Both the position numbers and the translations under genes were made by a program. A stretch of DNA of 50,582 bases from Gammaproteobacteria bacterium. Its GTDB lineage: Bacteria > Pseudomonadota > Gammaproteobacteria > HK1. Under the pieces are notes generated by a model. It was not told the DNA's origin. It searched no databases and saw only the letters and a program-made list of their open reading frames with translations. The DNA lies in NCBI GenBank assembly GCA_041589735.1, contig JBFHVA010000001.1, positions 1-50,582 of the forward strand, given 5' to 3'. This document shows, piece after piece, positions 19,727-29,040 of this stretch (within the stretch, counting starts at the first letter, position 1; each line of letters begins with the position of its first letter).

Positions 19727-20069
19727 CTTCTCAAAAAGGCGCGAAAATCCGCTTTTGATGCCGGGTCAAAGTGTGAACCGCGCCGCAATGCCCGCCACAG
19801 GGTCGGCAACTCCGGTTTTCGGGCGTGGTCTAATGGGAAAACGCGAATTTGGATGCATATCCTTGTTTTTCAATGCCAAATAAGCGTTGGGGGCGGGTAA
19901 AGGAAGGCAATAATGCCAGATTCCTGACGCACTGTGGAGGCTCCAATCGCGCCGGTCGGCGCCTATACTCGATCTTTAAGAGAGCCCCTTGTTGCCGCAC
20001 CCGTGTTTTCGTACATCGCCTGCCCCGGTGCCTGGTTGCGCCGGACAGCGTAAGGAGGTTATCGGCCGA

Positions 20070-20702
20070 ATGTTTGCAGAGAACGCACCGGAACCGCTCA
20101 TTACGGACAAGAGCGTCCAGGAATATTTTCAGGATTCCATCAGCGATGCGCTCGAGAACCAGCGCATCGAAGCCGCGCAGGAGACCATTTATTACGTGGT
20201 CAATCTGTTGGCCACCTTCATGCGCTCGGAGGAACTGTTCGAGCGCACCCCCGACGGCGTTATTCTCAAACCTCTTTCAGATTTCTATGCCGAAGCGGTA
20301 GAGGGACCCACGACCGCTGACCAGCATCGAGCGCTTCGCCGCTTAGGCGACGTGGCGCTTTTTATCTCTGGCGTGTTCTCCCACAGCCTGAACCGAAAAC
20401 TCGTTGATGTGGACTACTACGTGGCCATGGGCGGCGGCGCCTACAGCTATCTATCCGGAGCCTTGCGCGGCAATGCGGGTGCCAAAACGTTGACCGAAAT
20501 TTACGAAGAGCTCTCGGCAAAGTTCGTCGACTTCGTTGACGTGCTTGGCGAAGTGAGTGAGCGCGCTCACTTCAATAATGCCGCAGACATCATGCGGATA
20601 TACGAGATATGGGTGCGCACCGGAAGCCGACGCGCCGAGCGGACGCTTCGCGGCATTGGAATCGATCCCACCGAGGCTAATATCAGCCGCTCGCGTCACT
20701 GA
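20070..20702 (+). CDS. hypothetical cytoplasmic protein, no domain recognised
   Basis: ATG 20070 is preceded by TAAGGAGG 8 nt upstream. 210 aa, acidic and helical-looking, with no TM segment or signal peptide. Confidence 0.65.
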   Translation: MFAENAPEPLITDKSVQEYFQDSISDALENQRIEAAQETIYYVVNLLATFMRSEELFERTPDGVILKPLSDFYAEAVEGPTTADQHRALRRLGDVALFISGVFSHSLNRKLVDVDYYVAMGGGAYSYLSGALRGNAGAKTLTEIYEELSAKFVDFVDVLGEVSERAHFNNAADIMRIYEIWVRTGSRRAERTLRGIGIDPTEANISRSRH

Positions 20703-20729
20703 ACGCCGAGGCAATTTGATTGCGGCGTC

Positions 20730-21377
20730 ATGAAGCTCAAACGAATTCAGCGCCATCTCCAGCGCATCTACGAAGTCGACGTTCCCCATAACGTGGAGGA
20801 CTTCGTCATTACCGACCGTGCGCTGCTTGAAGCGCTCGGTGACGACACCCGGAACGCGGACGAGAAGCTTTTGGTGGTGCAGGACGGTGATGACGTCGAG
20901 CTGGCGCTATATTTGGATCCCGAAGTCATGAGTCGGCTTCGCGAGGACGATCCCACGCTTCGTTTGCACCACGGCAATATTGCGGATTTCTGCACTGCAC
21001 TCGAGGGCGTTAGCCATTTCCTTTACCTCACCTGGAACGCCGAGTACGAGCGGGGAGTTTCGCTGCTCGAACTGGAGATGCAGGCGGAGGTGGACAAGTA
21101 CGTCAGCATGGCACTGCTGTTCGGCAGCCAGGGCGACGGAAAGGTTCCGAGCCAGCTGTATACATGGTTATTCGATAATCCGGTGTTCGACGATTCCCTG
21201 GACGAAGATAGTCTCAAGCGCTACCGTGACGCCAACTACTACGCCAGCCGATATTGCTCGAAGATCGAATCCCATTATTTTCGCGAGCGGCGTGCGGGTA
21301 ACCTGATGAACGAGCTGCGCCGCTTCTACCGCCTTCCTCAGCACCACAAGATCAAACGCATCGAGTCGGCCGCCTGA
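20730..21377 (+). CDS. hypothetical cytoplasmic protein, no domain recognised
   Basis: ATG 20730 lies 27 nt after the upstream stop. 215 aa, acidic, and co-oriented with 20070-20702. Confidence 0.65.
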   Translation: MKLKRIQRHLQRIYEVDVPHNVEDFVITDRALLEALGDDTRNADEKLLVVQDGDDVELALYLDPEVMSRLREDDPTLRLHHGNIADFCTALEGVSHFLYLTWNAEYERGVSLLELEMQAEVDKYVSMALLFGSQGDGKVPSQLYTWLFDNPVFDDSLDEDSLKRYRDANYYASRYCSKIESHYFRERRAGNLMNELRRFYRLPQHHKIKRIESAA

Positions 21378-21518
21378 ACCCGCGCCGGTCGCGTGTTCCG
21401 GCAAACGTCCGCTGCCCGTATCCGGATCAAGGCGAAAGGGCGAAGGCGGGATAGAATCCGGAAAAGCTCGACTAAGCTCGAGTCAATCCGCCATTCCTTG
21501 CTCCGCTTCGAGGATGAA

Positions 21519-22001
21519 ATGTCCGTGGAAAATCAGACTGGTTCCGAGTCAGCAGAAGGCGGGCCGGAATATGTAGGTTTCTGGATTCGATTCGTCGCGT
21601 TCCTGGTTGACTCGGTATGGACCATGGTCGCCGTAACCCTTCTGGCCGCATTGATTCTCGGGCAACCGGATATCGATCCGGAAATAATTTCGCGGGATCC
21701 GATTGGTACGCTCGCCATGCTTTCGGGCCGATTATTGTTTGACCTGATTGCCGTCGCAATCATCGTCGTTATTTTCTGGATGGCGCGCTCTGCCACACCG
21801 GGAAAGATGATCTTTTCCGCAGTGATAGCCGATGCAAAATCGCTAGGCAAGCCATCAAAAGCACAACTTATTGTGCGTTACCTCGGCTATTACCTTTCAA
21901 TCTTTGGATTGATGCTCGGCTTTCTCTGGATTGCCTTCGACAAGCGCAAGCAGGGCTGGCACGACAAGCTGGCCGGCACGGTCGTGGTTAGGAAAAAGTA
22001 A
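21519..22001 (+). CDS. RDD family membrane protein
   Basis: ATG 21519 with GAGGA upstream. YVGFWIRFVAFLVDSV...GWHDKLAGTVVV is the typical RDD pattern. Three TM helices. Confidence 0.8.
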   Translation: MSVENQTGSESAEGGPEYVGFWIRFVAFLVDSVWTMVAVTLLAALILGQPDIDPEIISRDPIGTLAMLSGRLLFDLIAVAIIVVIFWMARSATPGKMIFSAVIADAKSLGKPSKAQLIVRYLGYYLSIFGLMLGFLWIAFDKRKQGWHDKLAGTVVVRKK

Positions 22002-22039
22002 AACTTGCCAAGGCAACGGGAGCCGAACGGGCGCCCGCC

Positions 22040-22408
22040 TCATTGGGAAAGAAATCCCACCTCGATGTGATTGCCGTCAGGGTCGCTGAAGTGCAGCTGC
22101 TCCAGTCCGGTAGCCGGAACGATCGCCCGACGGTAGCTGACCGACGATGCTTCCAGGCGGGCAATGAATCCGTCGATCCCGGTGGCGCGAAAGGCGAAGT
22201 GCTCGATCTTCGGCTCGGTCCCGGCCGGCGGCGACTCGACTTCCACCAGATGCAGCACCGCCTGGTCGTTCAGATAAAGCCAGGCGCCGCTGAAGGTGAA
22301 CGGAGGGCGCTCGCCGAGCTCAAGCCCCACCACGCGCTGGTAGAACTCGGTCATCGCCTGGAGACTGGCGGTGCGGACGTTGACATGGTCGAGCCGTTCG
22401 AGCGGCAT
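22040..22408 (-). CDS. VOC/glyoxalase family protein
   Basis: MPLERLDHVNVRTASLQAMTEFYQRVVGLE...HFAFRA...DPDGNHIEV. Start taken at the internal ATG 22408. Confidence 0.8.
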   Translation of the reverse strand: MPLERLDHVNVRTASLQAMTEFYQRVVGLELGERPPFTFSGAWLYLNDQAVLHLVEVESPPAGTEPKIEHFAFRATGIDGFIARLEASSVSYRRAIVPATGLEQLHFSDPDGNHIEVGFLSQ

Positions 22409-22839
22409 GGATTTCCTCTCCCATCGAGCCGTCCAAGTTTGGCATCGAATCGCGCTCCGGCGAAGTCCGTTTCCTTGCTTCAGCAACGCCCCAATGCCGC
22501 ATCTACTTCGCTGCAGACTCGATCGCCGGCCCTGACCAAAGAGGCGCCCGCCCTTCGGAGTCCCCGTGCCAGCGCCGGGCGAAAACCCGGTGAGCGACGT
22601 TGTCCGCGCGGCTCGAAAACCCGTGCCGAGGCGGGCATCTCCACCCCGCCTGCCCGTGCAATGCTGCGGATCCAGATCTCCATCATGATTTCACCTCATG
22701 TAATCAGTCGTCCAGAGGGTTGCGGACGACGCCGGTTGTGTCCTAACTGAGGCGAGATAATGCGGGCTCTAGGGATAAGCCACAAGCGATGCTTTTTCAT
22801 GGCGATCATGAGAAGTATTCATGTATGATGCCGATTGTC

Positions 22840-23724
22840 ATGCGCAGGCTGCCGTCTCTCAAAGCCCTCCGCGCCTTCGAGGCCGGGGCCCGGCATTTGA
22901 GCTTTACCCAGGCCGCGGAGGAGCTCTCGGTAACCCAGACGGCCATCAGCCATCAGGTGCGCCAGCTGGAAGACAACCTCGGCGTGAAGTTGTTTGACCG
23001 GCGGCCCCGGGAGCTCACCCTGACGCCCGCCGGCAGCACCCTCTATCCGGTGCTGGCCGAGGCCTTCGACCGCATCAACGAAACGGTGGCGCGCATCCGT
23101 TCGCGGCCGGAGTCGCGCCCACTGAGCGTCAGCTTGACGCCGACATTCGGCTCCCGCTGGCTCGCGCAGCGCCTCGGCCGATTCTGGCGCGAGCATCCGG
23201 ACGTGGATCTTCGTCTGCATCATTCGGTGCAGTTAGTCGATCTTAGGCGTGAAGACTTGGACATGGCGGTGCGCTGGGGGCGTGGCGACTGGGTCGGGCT
23301 CATCTCCGAGCGGCTGATGCGCGCCCAGGCGACGCCGCTGTGCAGTCCGGCGTTGAGCAACGGACCGAAGCCGTTACGCTCGCCATCCGATCTCAAGCAC
23401 CACACCCTCATTCATCAAAAAGACTATCAGGAGTGGACCGAGTGGCTCGCGGCCGCGGGGGTGAAGGATGTCAACGGCCAGCGCGGACCGGTGATCGATG
23501 ATGCCAACGCGATCATTCAGTCCGCGATGGAAGGCCACGGGGTGATGATCGGCATCCCGCAAGTTCTTTCGGACGAGCTTGCGTCGGGCAAACTTGTTGC
23601 CCCCTTTGAGGCCCGCTCGGATCCGGCTTTTGCCTACTACGTGGTCTACCCGCCCGGCGGCATGGATCGTCCCGAGACTCGCGCCTTCCGTGATTTCCTC
23701 ATGGCCGAGGCGGGGACGAGGTAG
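22840..23724 (+). CDS. LysR-family transcriptional regulator (GcvA-like)
   Basis: MRRLPSLKALRAFEAGARHLSFTQAAEELSVTQTAISHQVRQLE is a canonical wHTH N-terminus. Start taken at MRRLP. Confidence 0.9.
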   Translation: MRRLPSLKALRAFEAGARHLSFTQAAEELSVTQTAISHQVRQLEDNLGVKLFDRRPRELTLTPAGSTLYPVLAEAFDRINETVARIRSRPESRPLSVSLTPTFGSRWLAQRLGRFWREHPDVDLRLHHSVQLVDLRREDLDMAVRWGRGDWVGLISERLMRAQATPLCSPALSNGPKPLRSPSDLKHHTLIHQKDYQEWTEWLAAAGVKDVNGQRGPVIDDANAIIQSAMEGHGVMIGIPQVLSDELASGKLVAPFEARSDPAFAYYVVYPPGGMDRPETRAFRDFLMAEAGTR

Positions 23725-23796
23725 CGGGGGGATGAATAGAGTCAAAACGCGCAGCTTCGGCCGCGACTGAAGGCGCGAGTCGATCGTTGATAGGCT

Positions 23797-25308
23797 TTAG
23801 CGACCGGTGGTTTCGGCCGCCGCGTCCGCGCCGCGCTTGCGCTTATGGAGCTGCGAAGAGATCAGGGGCCAGCAGAGGCTGAGCGCGGTGAGGGCGAAGA
23901 ACAGATCCACTATCGGACTTTCAAGCAGGCGCCACCAGCGGTTGTCGAGCAGAATCATGGACTGCGAAAACGACTCCTCGACTAGCTTTCCGAGGATCAG
24001 CCCCATGACCAGCGGCGCAGGCGCGAAGCCGTGGCGCAGCATGAGAAAACCGATCACGCCGGCCACCAGCATCACCCACACGTCGAACACCGAAGCGCCG
24101 TAGGAATAAGAACCGATAAGCGAAAACACGAATACTGACGGCCAGAGGAAAGTGCGCGGAATAAGGGTAATGCGCGAGAACACCTTGGCCCCCGCTAGAC
24201 CGATGACCAGAAACATGACGTTCGCGACCAGCATGGCGCAGAAGATTGCGTACACGAACTCCGGCGTCTCTTTCATCAGGTACGGCCCCGGGCGGAAGCC
24301 GTGCATGATGAGGGCGGCGAGGATGACGGCGGTGGTGGCGCTTCCGGGAATGCCTAGGGCCAGCGTCGGCACCATGGCGCCGCCGGTAGCTGCGTTGTTG
24401 GCGGCTTCCGGACCCGCGATCCCTTCGGGGCAGCCGGTCCCGAACTCTTCCTTGCGCTTGGACCAGCGCCGGGCTTCGTTGTAGCCCATTATCGCCGCCA
24501 CGGTGGCGCCTTCCGCCGGCAGCACGCCGATGAAGGTACCTATTCCCGACGAGCGCAGGATGGTGCCCCAGATGCGGCGAAAGTCATCGCGCGACGGCAG
24601 CTTCACCACCACGGCCTTGATCACCTCCAGGGTTTTCTCCGCCGCCTGGGACTGATTCAGAAGCTCGCCCATGGCGAAAAGGCCGATGAGCACCGGGACG
24701 AAGCTCACGCCTTCGGTCAGTTCCGGAACGCCGAAAGTGAATCTCTCCACCCCGGTGGTGAGATGAATCCCGGCGGTGCCCAGCAGCACTCCGACGGCGC
24801 CGGCGATTAAGTTGCGCAGTGACGATTTTCCGCTGATGGACGCCAGCATCGATAGCGCAAACACGGCCAGGGCAAAGTACTCCATCGGCCGGAAGGAGGT
24901 CGCGATCCTGGCCAGCAGCGGCGTCGCCAGCAGAAAAATAAACAGGCTGATGATGCCGCCGGAGATGCTGCTTACCGCAGCGATGCCCAGCGCACGGCCG
25001 GCTTCGCCGCGCTTGGCCATCGGGTAACCGTCGAATGCGGTGGCCACGGCTGGCGGCGCGCCGGGGGCGTTGATGAGGATCGCGGTGATGGATCCGCCAA
25101 AGGTTCCGGCGCAGTAGAGCGCCGCCATCATGGCAATGGCGGGCACCGGCTCCATGGTAATCGTGAACGGAAGCAGCAGCGCCACCGCCATGGGGGAGCT
25201 CAAGCCCGGCAGCGCGCCCACCAGCACGCCGATGAGCACGCTGATGAAAATCAGCGCGATATTGGTTGGATCGGCTATCAGCAGAATTCCTTGGGTCACT
25301 GCATCCAT
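23797..25308 (-). CDS. tctA: tripartite tricarboxylate transporter large permease TctA
   Basis: 503 aa polytopic protein. GALPGLSSPMAVALLLPFT and ATAFDGYPMAKRGEAGRAL are typical TctA motifs. Confidence 0.9.
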   Translation of the reverse strand: MDAVTQGILLIADPTNIALIFISVLIGVLVGALPGLSSPMAVALLLPFTITMEPVPAIAMMAALYCAGTFGGSITAILINAPGAPPAVATAFDGYPMAKRGEAGRALGIAAVSSISGGIISLFIFLLATPLLARIATSFRPMEYFALAVFALSMLASISGKSSLRNLIAGAVGVLLGTAGIHLTTGVERFTFGVPELTEGVSFVPVLIGLFAMGELLNQSQAAEKTLEVIKAVVVKLPSRDDFRRIWGTILRSSGIGTFIGVLPAEGATVAAIMGYNEARRWSKRKEEFGTGCPEGIAGPEAANNAATGGAMVPTLALGIPGSATTAVILAALIMHGFRPGPYLMKETPEFVYAIFCAMLVANVMFLVIGLAGAKVFSRITLIPRTFLWPSVFVFSLIGSYSYGASVFDVWVMLVAGVIGFLMLRHGFAPAPLVMGLILGKLVEESFSQSMILLDNRWWRLLESPIVDLFFALTALSLCWPLISSQLHKRKRGADAAAETTGR

Positions 25309-25318
25309 CTTCGCGCCC

Positions 25319-25798
25319 TCAGAACAACTCGAGGCCGATAACCCCGGGATCGAAATAAACCCCGAGAACCCTGGTAAACAGCAGCATCACCGCCGCCGGA
25401 AACACCACGACATACGGCACCAGAATCTTCAAGCGTCGCTCGCCCCACAGAAGCGGTAGCCCGATACACACCAGCATGAGCACGAGAAACGTGCCTATCC
25501 ACTGAATCGAAAATACCGACAGGACCAGAAATACTGCGGTCATATAAACGATGGGCTGAATCGGTTTGCTGCGCGCCTTGTCCAGTACCTTACCTTTTTC
25601 TTTGCGCAGCGCGCGCTCGAACGGCAGGGCTAAAGTGAGGGCGACGATGACCCAGAGCAGCATGCGTGGAAAGCGCTCGGGGGGCATGTCCTGGGCGAAC
25701 AGCGGCGAGACTTCCTCAAAGCCGGTGGTGGTGTAGTAGAGGGCGGCGCAAACCACCAGCAAAATGGCGGCGACGCCGACGTCAGTACGGTTGATCAT
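25319..25798 (-). CDS. tctB: tripartite tricarboxylate transporter small subunit TctB
   Basis: 159 aa with 4 TM helices, lying between tctC and tctA. Confidence 0.75.
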   Translation of the reverse strand: MINRTDVGVAAILLVVCAALYYTTTGFEEVSPLFAQDMPPERFPRMLLWVIVALTLALPFERALRKEKGKVLDKARSKPIQPIVYMTAVFLVLSVFSIQWIGTFLVLMLVCIGLPLLWGERRLKILVPYVVVFPAAVMLLFTRVLGVYFDPGVIGLELF

Positions 25799-25880
25799 GG
25801 GGTAATCGCCATGTTTGAAGCGTGAAAGCGCACCGGGGGCGGCGGCATATCCGCCGCCGTCCCCGGAATCTCCGGTAAGA

Positions 25881-26861
25881 CTACTTCAGTAGTCCGAGAT
25901 CGGTCAGCGCCTCGACGGCTTGGGCGTATTCTTCCCTGATGTTCTTGGTCCATTCCTCGTGGTCGGCGACGCTGTCTTCAACGGTAAGTCCCGAGCTCTT
26001 CAAGTAGTTGGCAAAGACCTCGTGCTTCATGGCCTTCACCAGGGCCTTGGAGAGGATCTCGATGCGGTCATCCGGCGTGCCCTTGAGCACCCAGTAACCT
26101 CGGGTGGTCGATACCTTGACCGGATAACCGTTTTCAAAAGTGGTCGGTACGTCCGGGTAGTCGGCGAGCCGCTTCGGCGACATGACCGCCAGCGCGCGGA
26201 AGGTACCGTCTTTCACCTGGGAGCCGCCCTCGCTGACATTGGGCAGGGTGGCGTCGATGGCGCCGGACATCAGCGCCTGCACCATCTGCGCGCCACTGCC
26301 GAAAGGTACGACCTTGAACTTGATCCCGCTTGCCTTGGCAAAACGCGCAAGCCCGATATGCTCGGTGCCGCCCACCTGGGCGACGCCCCAGTTCAAGGGC
26401 TCGTCCTGGGAAGCCTCGACCAGGTCCTTGAGAGATTTGTAAGGGCTGTTGGCGGCTACCGTGATGAAAGTGGGATCGTCCATGGCGCGGGCGACACCTA
26501 CCACGTCGTCGATGGTGAGCGGAGACTTGCCTCGAGCGATGGTGTAGAGGTGCGTCTGCGTCAATGCCAGCACGGTGTAGCCGTCGCGGGGCTTGCTCAT
26601 GGCGTAGTGGTGCGCCTGAGCGCCGCTGCCGCCGCGCTGTGACACCACCGACATGTCGACATCGAGGTATCGGCGGCTGCGGATCATCATCATCCGTGCG
26701 GTGGTATCGGTGCCGCCGCCGTACTTGGAATGGATAACGACTTCGATGGGCTTGCTGGGAAATTTCTCCTGGGCCAGCGCAAGCGGCGCGGCGGCAACGC
26801 AAGCCAGTGCAGCGCCAACAATCAGCGCACGCCGTCCAGTAACAGAGCTGATGCGATTCAT
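25881..26861 (-). CDS. tctC: TctC/Bug-family periplasmic substrate-binding protein
   Basis: Signal peptide; FPSKPIEVVI...GGGTDTTARMM...; about 325 aa. Confidence 0.88.
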   Translation of the reverse strand: MNRISSVTGRRALIVGAALACVAAAPLALAQEKFPSKPIEVVIHSKYGGGTDTTARMMMIRSRRYLDVDMSVVSQRGGSGAQAHHYAMSKPRDGYTVLALTQTHLYTIARGKSPLTIDDVVGVARAMDDPTFITVAANSPYKSLKDLVEASQDEPLNWGVAQVGGTEHIGLARFAKASGIKFKVVPFGSGAQMVQALMSGAIDATLPNVSEGGSQVKDGTFRALAVMSPKRLADYPDVPTTFENGYPVKVSTTRGYWVLKGTPDDRIEILSKALVKAMKHEVFANYLKSSGLTVEDSVADHEEWTKNIREEYAQAVEALTDLGLLK

Positions 26862-27047
26862 AATGGTCTCCTCAGTGCTTTTTGTAGTGCAGGTCTCCGG
26901 ACCCTTGCGGGGGTCCCGTTATTGTTGATTTATTCAGCCTCGACCCGTGGGCGGATCATACGTGCTATTTGCCCCGGACGCCTAAAAGCTTGTCGGAATT
27001 TGGGGCCTAATGCCAGCGCTCTCAAGAAACTGGAAGTTGACCGCGCC

Positions 27048-27926
27048 CTATTCTATCGGGCCATCTCCTTTGAGCTGCGCCCGGTGGAGGCGTCTTCGCG
27101 CCTCCGCATCGAAGGCATCGCGCCTATGCAGCACCGCGCGATTGTCCCACATGAGCAGATCGCCCACGCGCCAGCTGTGGGTGGTGACAAAGCGCTCCTG
27201 GGTGGCGTGGGACCACAGTCGGTTGAGCAGCGCTTCGCTCTCCTCGACCTTCAGTCCGAGGATGTAGCTCCGCGGTCGGCGTCCCAGGAACAGGCAGCGG
27301 CGCCCGGTTTCACGGTCGGTGCGCACCAGCGGCTGGCGCGCACCCGGCGTGTTTCGCACGTCGTCGACTTCCTCGTAGCCTTTTCTGAGCATCCCCGCGC
27401 TGTTATGGGCGGCGTTGTGAATCGCGTGCAGTCCCTCGATTTCCTGTTTGGTGCTTTCCGGCAGCGCTTCATAAGCCGCATACATGTTGGCGAACTGAGT
27501 GTCGCCACCGGCCGCCGGCAGCTCTACCGCATAGAGCACCGCGCCCTTGGGGGGTTCCTCCAGGTAAGTCATGTCCGCGTGCCATACGGCTTCGCCGGCG
27601 CCCAGGTTTCCGATAGGCCTTCCGTCCTCGACGATGTTGGAGATGATGTTGAGCTCGGGGTGCTCGGGATAAATCGGTCCGCCATAGGGATTCGGACCCG
27701 GCGGGTCGAGTTCGCCGAAGCGCCTGGTGAACGCGATGAGCTGAGGATCGTCGATGACCTGGTCACGAAACACCAGCACCAAGTGTTCGCGCCAGGCGGC
27801 CTTGATCTGCTCGACCTCCGCATCGCTCGTGCCCGAGGCGATGTCGACGCCTCTCACCTCGGCGCCGAGCGCGTTGCCGCTGGGTATGATTTCAATGGCC
27901 CGAGTCCGGGTCGCCGCCGTTTCCAT
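27048..27926 (-). CDS. TauD/TfdA-family Fe(II)/2-oxoglutarate dioxygenase
   Basis: WHADMTY (HxD), GGDTQFANM and WDNRAVLHRR (distal His/Arg). Confidence 0.88.
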   Translation of the reverse strand: METAATRTRAIEIIPSGNALGAEVRGVDIASGTSDAEVEQIKAAWREHLVLVFRDQVIDDPQLIAFTRRFGELDPPGPNPYGGPIYPEHPELNIISNIVEDGRPIGNLGAGEAVWHADMTYLEEPPKGAVLYAVELPAAGGDTQFANMYAAYEALPESTKQEIEGLHAIHNAAHNSAGMLRKGYEEVDDVRNTPGARQPLVRTDRETGRRCLFLGRRPRSYILGLKVEESEALLNRLWSHATQERFVTTHSWRVGDLLMWDNRAVLHRRDAFDAEARRRLHRAQLKGDGPIE

Positions 27927-27945
27927 TGCGTGCTCCGCGAATCCG

Positions 27946-29040
27946 CTACTGCCAGCGGACGCATTCTAGCGTGAGTTTGCCAAGTTGTTCCGGGTCGAGT
28001 TCCGGACGAGCGCCGGCAGTGAGCAGGAGATTCCCATTCTCGAAGCCCAAAGGGGTGCGGAACAGCCGCTCCGAGGGCTTCAGATAGCCGTTGAACTCGC
28101 CCGCATTATGGATCGTGCTACGCGCCACGCAGGCCTCCATCCAGCACATGGGTTCGCCGCCGAGTCCGTCGCCCAGCACCGGCTCAAGGCCCAGATCCCG
28201 CGCCCGCTTCAGCGCCGCGTGGAGGCGGCTTAAGCCGCCGAAACGCTTGAGCTTGAGCTTGACGTAGCCGACGCCTTCGAGGCTTGCCGCGCGTTCGATG
28301 TCGACCAAGCCGCAGATGGGTTCATCGAGCATCACCGGCACCGTCGATTCCCGCGCCACCGCCGCGTTGGCCTCCCAGTCTTCGGCAGCGCAGGGCTGCT
28401 CGAAAAGCTCGACGCCCGTGGGGTCGATACCGGTGGCAAAACTCACCGCGTCTTTTCTGTCGAAGCCGCGGTTGGCGTCAACGCGAAGGGTCGCCCGTCC
28501 GGCGACCGCATTTTGAATCGCGGCCAGTCGTTCCAGGTCGGCATTTACGTCTTTTCCCACCTTGACCTTGAAGGTTCTGAATCCCTTCTTGAGCTTGTAC
28601 TCGATCTCGGTTTCGATTTCTTTCGCGTCGAGGCCGTTGACCGGCGAGAGCAGAGGCAGTCGCACCGTTTTCGCGACGCTGAGAAGAGGGTGATCCTCCA
28701 GCATTTCGATGGCGGTGATGAGCGCAGTAGCCGCCACGGGGCTGGAGGGAAATTCTTCTTCCACCAGCGCTTTTGCTTCACCGGGTAAGGTGCCGATAAG
28801 GGCTCGAGCCAGCCGCTTGGTGAATGCCCATCCGCCGGCGCGGGTCTCGCTGCTTGAGCCCGGCGAAATATGGCCCTCACCAAACCCCGAGCGTCCGCTC
28901 TCGTCGCGAAGCTCGACCAGGATCGGCTCGAATTCCTCGAAGGTTCGATAGGACAGACGGTACGGCGTAATCAACGGCAGCCTAACCCGCCGTAGTGCGA
29001 TCTGGCTGAGGCTCGATTTCACCACTGATGCTGGCGTCAA
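27946..29040 (-). CDS. enolase-superfamily enzyme, MR/MLE (dipeptide-epimerase-like) subgroup
   Basis: FKVKVG (KxK), RVDAN, FEQP, LDEP and KLKLKRFGG. TTG start at 29040; GTG at 29025 or 29022 are alternatives. The gene abuts the upstream SDR stop. Confidence 0.85.
   Translation of the reverse strand: MTPASVVKSSLSQIALRRVRLPLITPYRLSYRTFEEFEPILVELRDESGRSGFGEGHISPGSSSETRAGGWAFTKRLARALIGTLPGEAKALVEEEFPSSPVAATALITAIEMLEDHPLLSVAKTVRLPLLSPVNGLDAKEIETEIEYKLKKGFRTFKVKVGKDVNADLERLAAIQNAVAGRATLRVDANRGFDRKDAVSFATGIDPTGVELFEQPCAAEDWEANAAVARESTVPVMLDEPICGLVDIERAASLEGVGYVKLKLKRFGGLSRLHAALKRARDLGLEPVLGDGLGGEPMCWMEACVARSTIHNAGEFNGYLKPSERLFRTPLGFENGNLLLTAGARPELDPEQLGKLTLECVRWQ

Noticed and set aside
22437-22452. 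Sigma-54-like TGGCAT-N-CGC element
   Set aside because: The GG to GC spacing is one nucleotide off the consensus. The -12 box does not match TTGC. It is not positioned sensibly upstream of either flanking gene.
22840-23724. LysR regulator as the dedicated regulator of the adjacent TctCBA catabolic cluster
   Set aside because: It is convergent with tctA, at the far 3' end of the cluster. It is divergent from the VOC gene at 22040-22408, which is the classical LysR target arrangement. A link to the cluster is unsupported.
26730-27974. 414-aa ORF on the plus strand, among the longest in the track
   Set aside because: It lies antisense to the well-supported TauD gene. The protein is Arg/Ala/Gly-rich with no motifs, which is the typical shadow ORF of high-GC DNA. 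The same reasoning applies to 10695-11393, 11927-12721, 12655-13548, 17873-18490, 19256-19900, 22043-22750, 25920-26642, 29906-30796, 32172-33068, 37949-38740, 40327-41058, 42753-43514 and 44150-44869.
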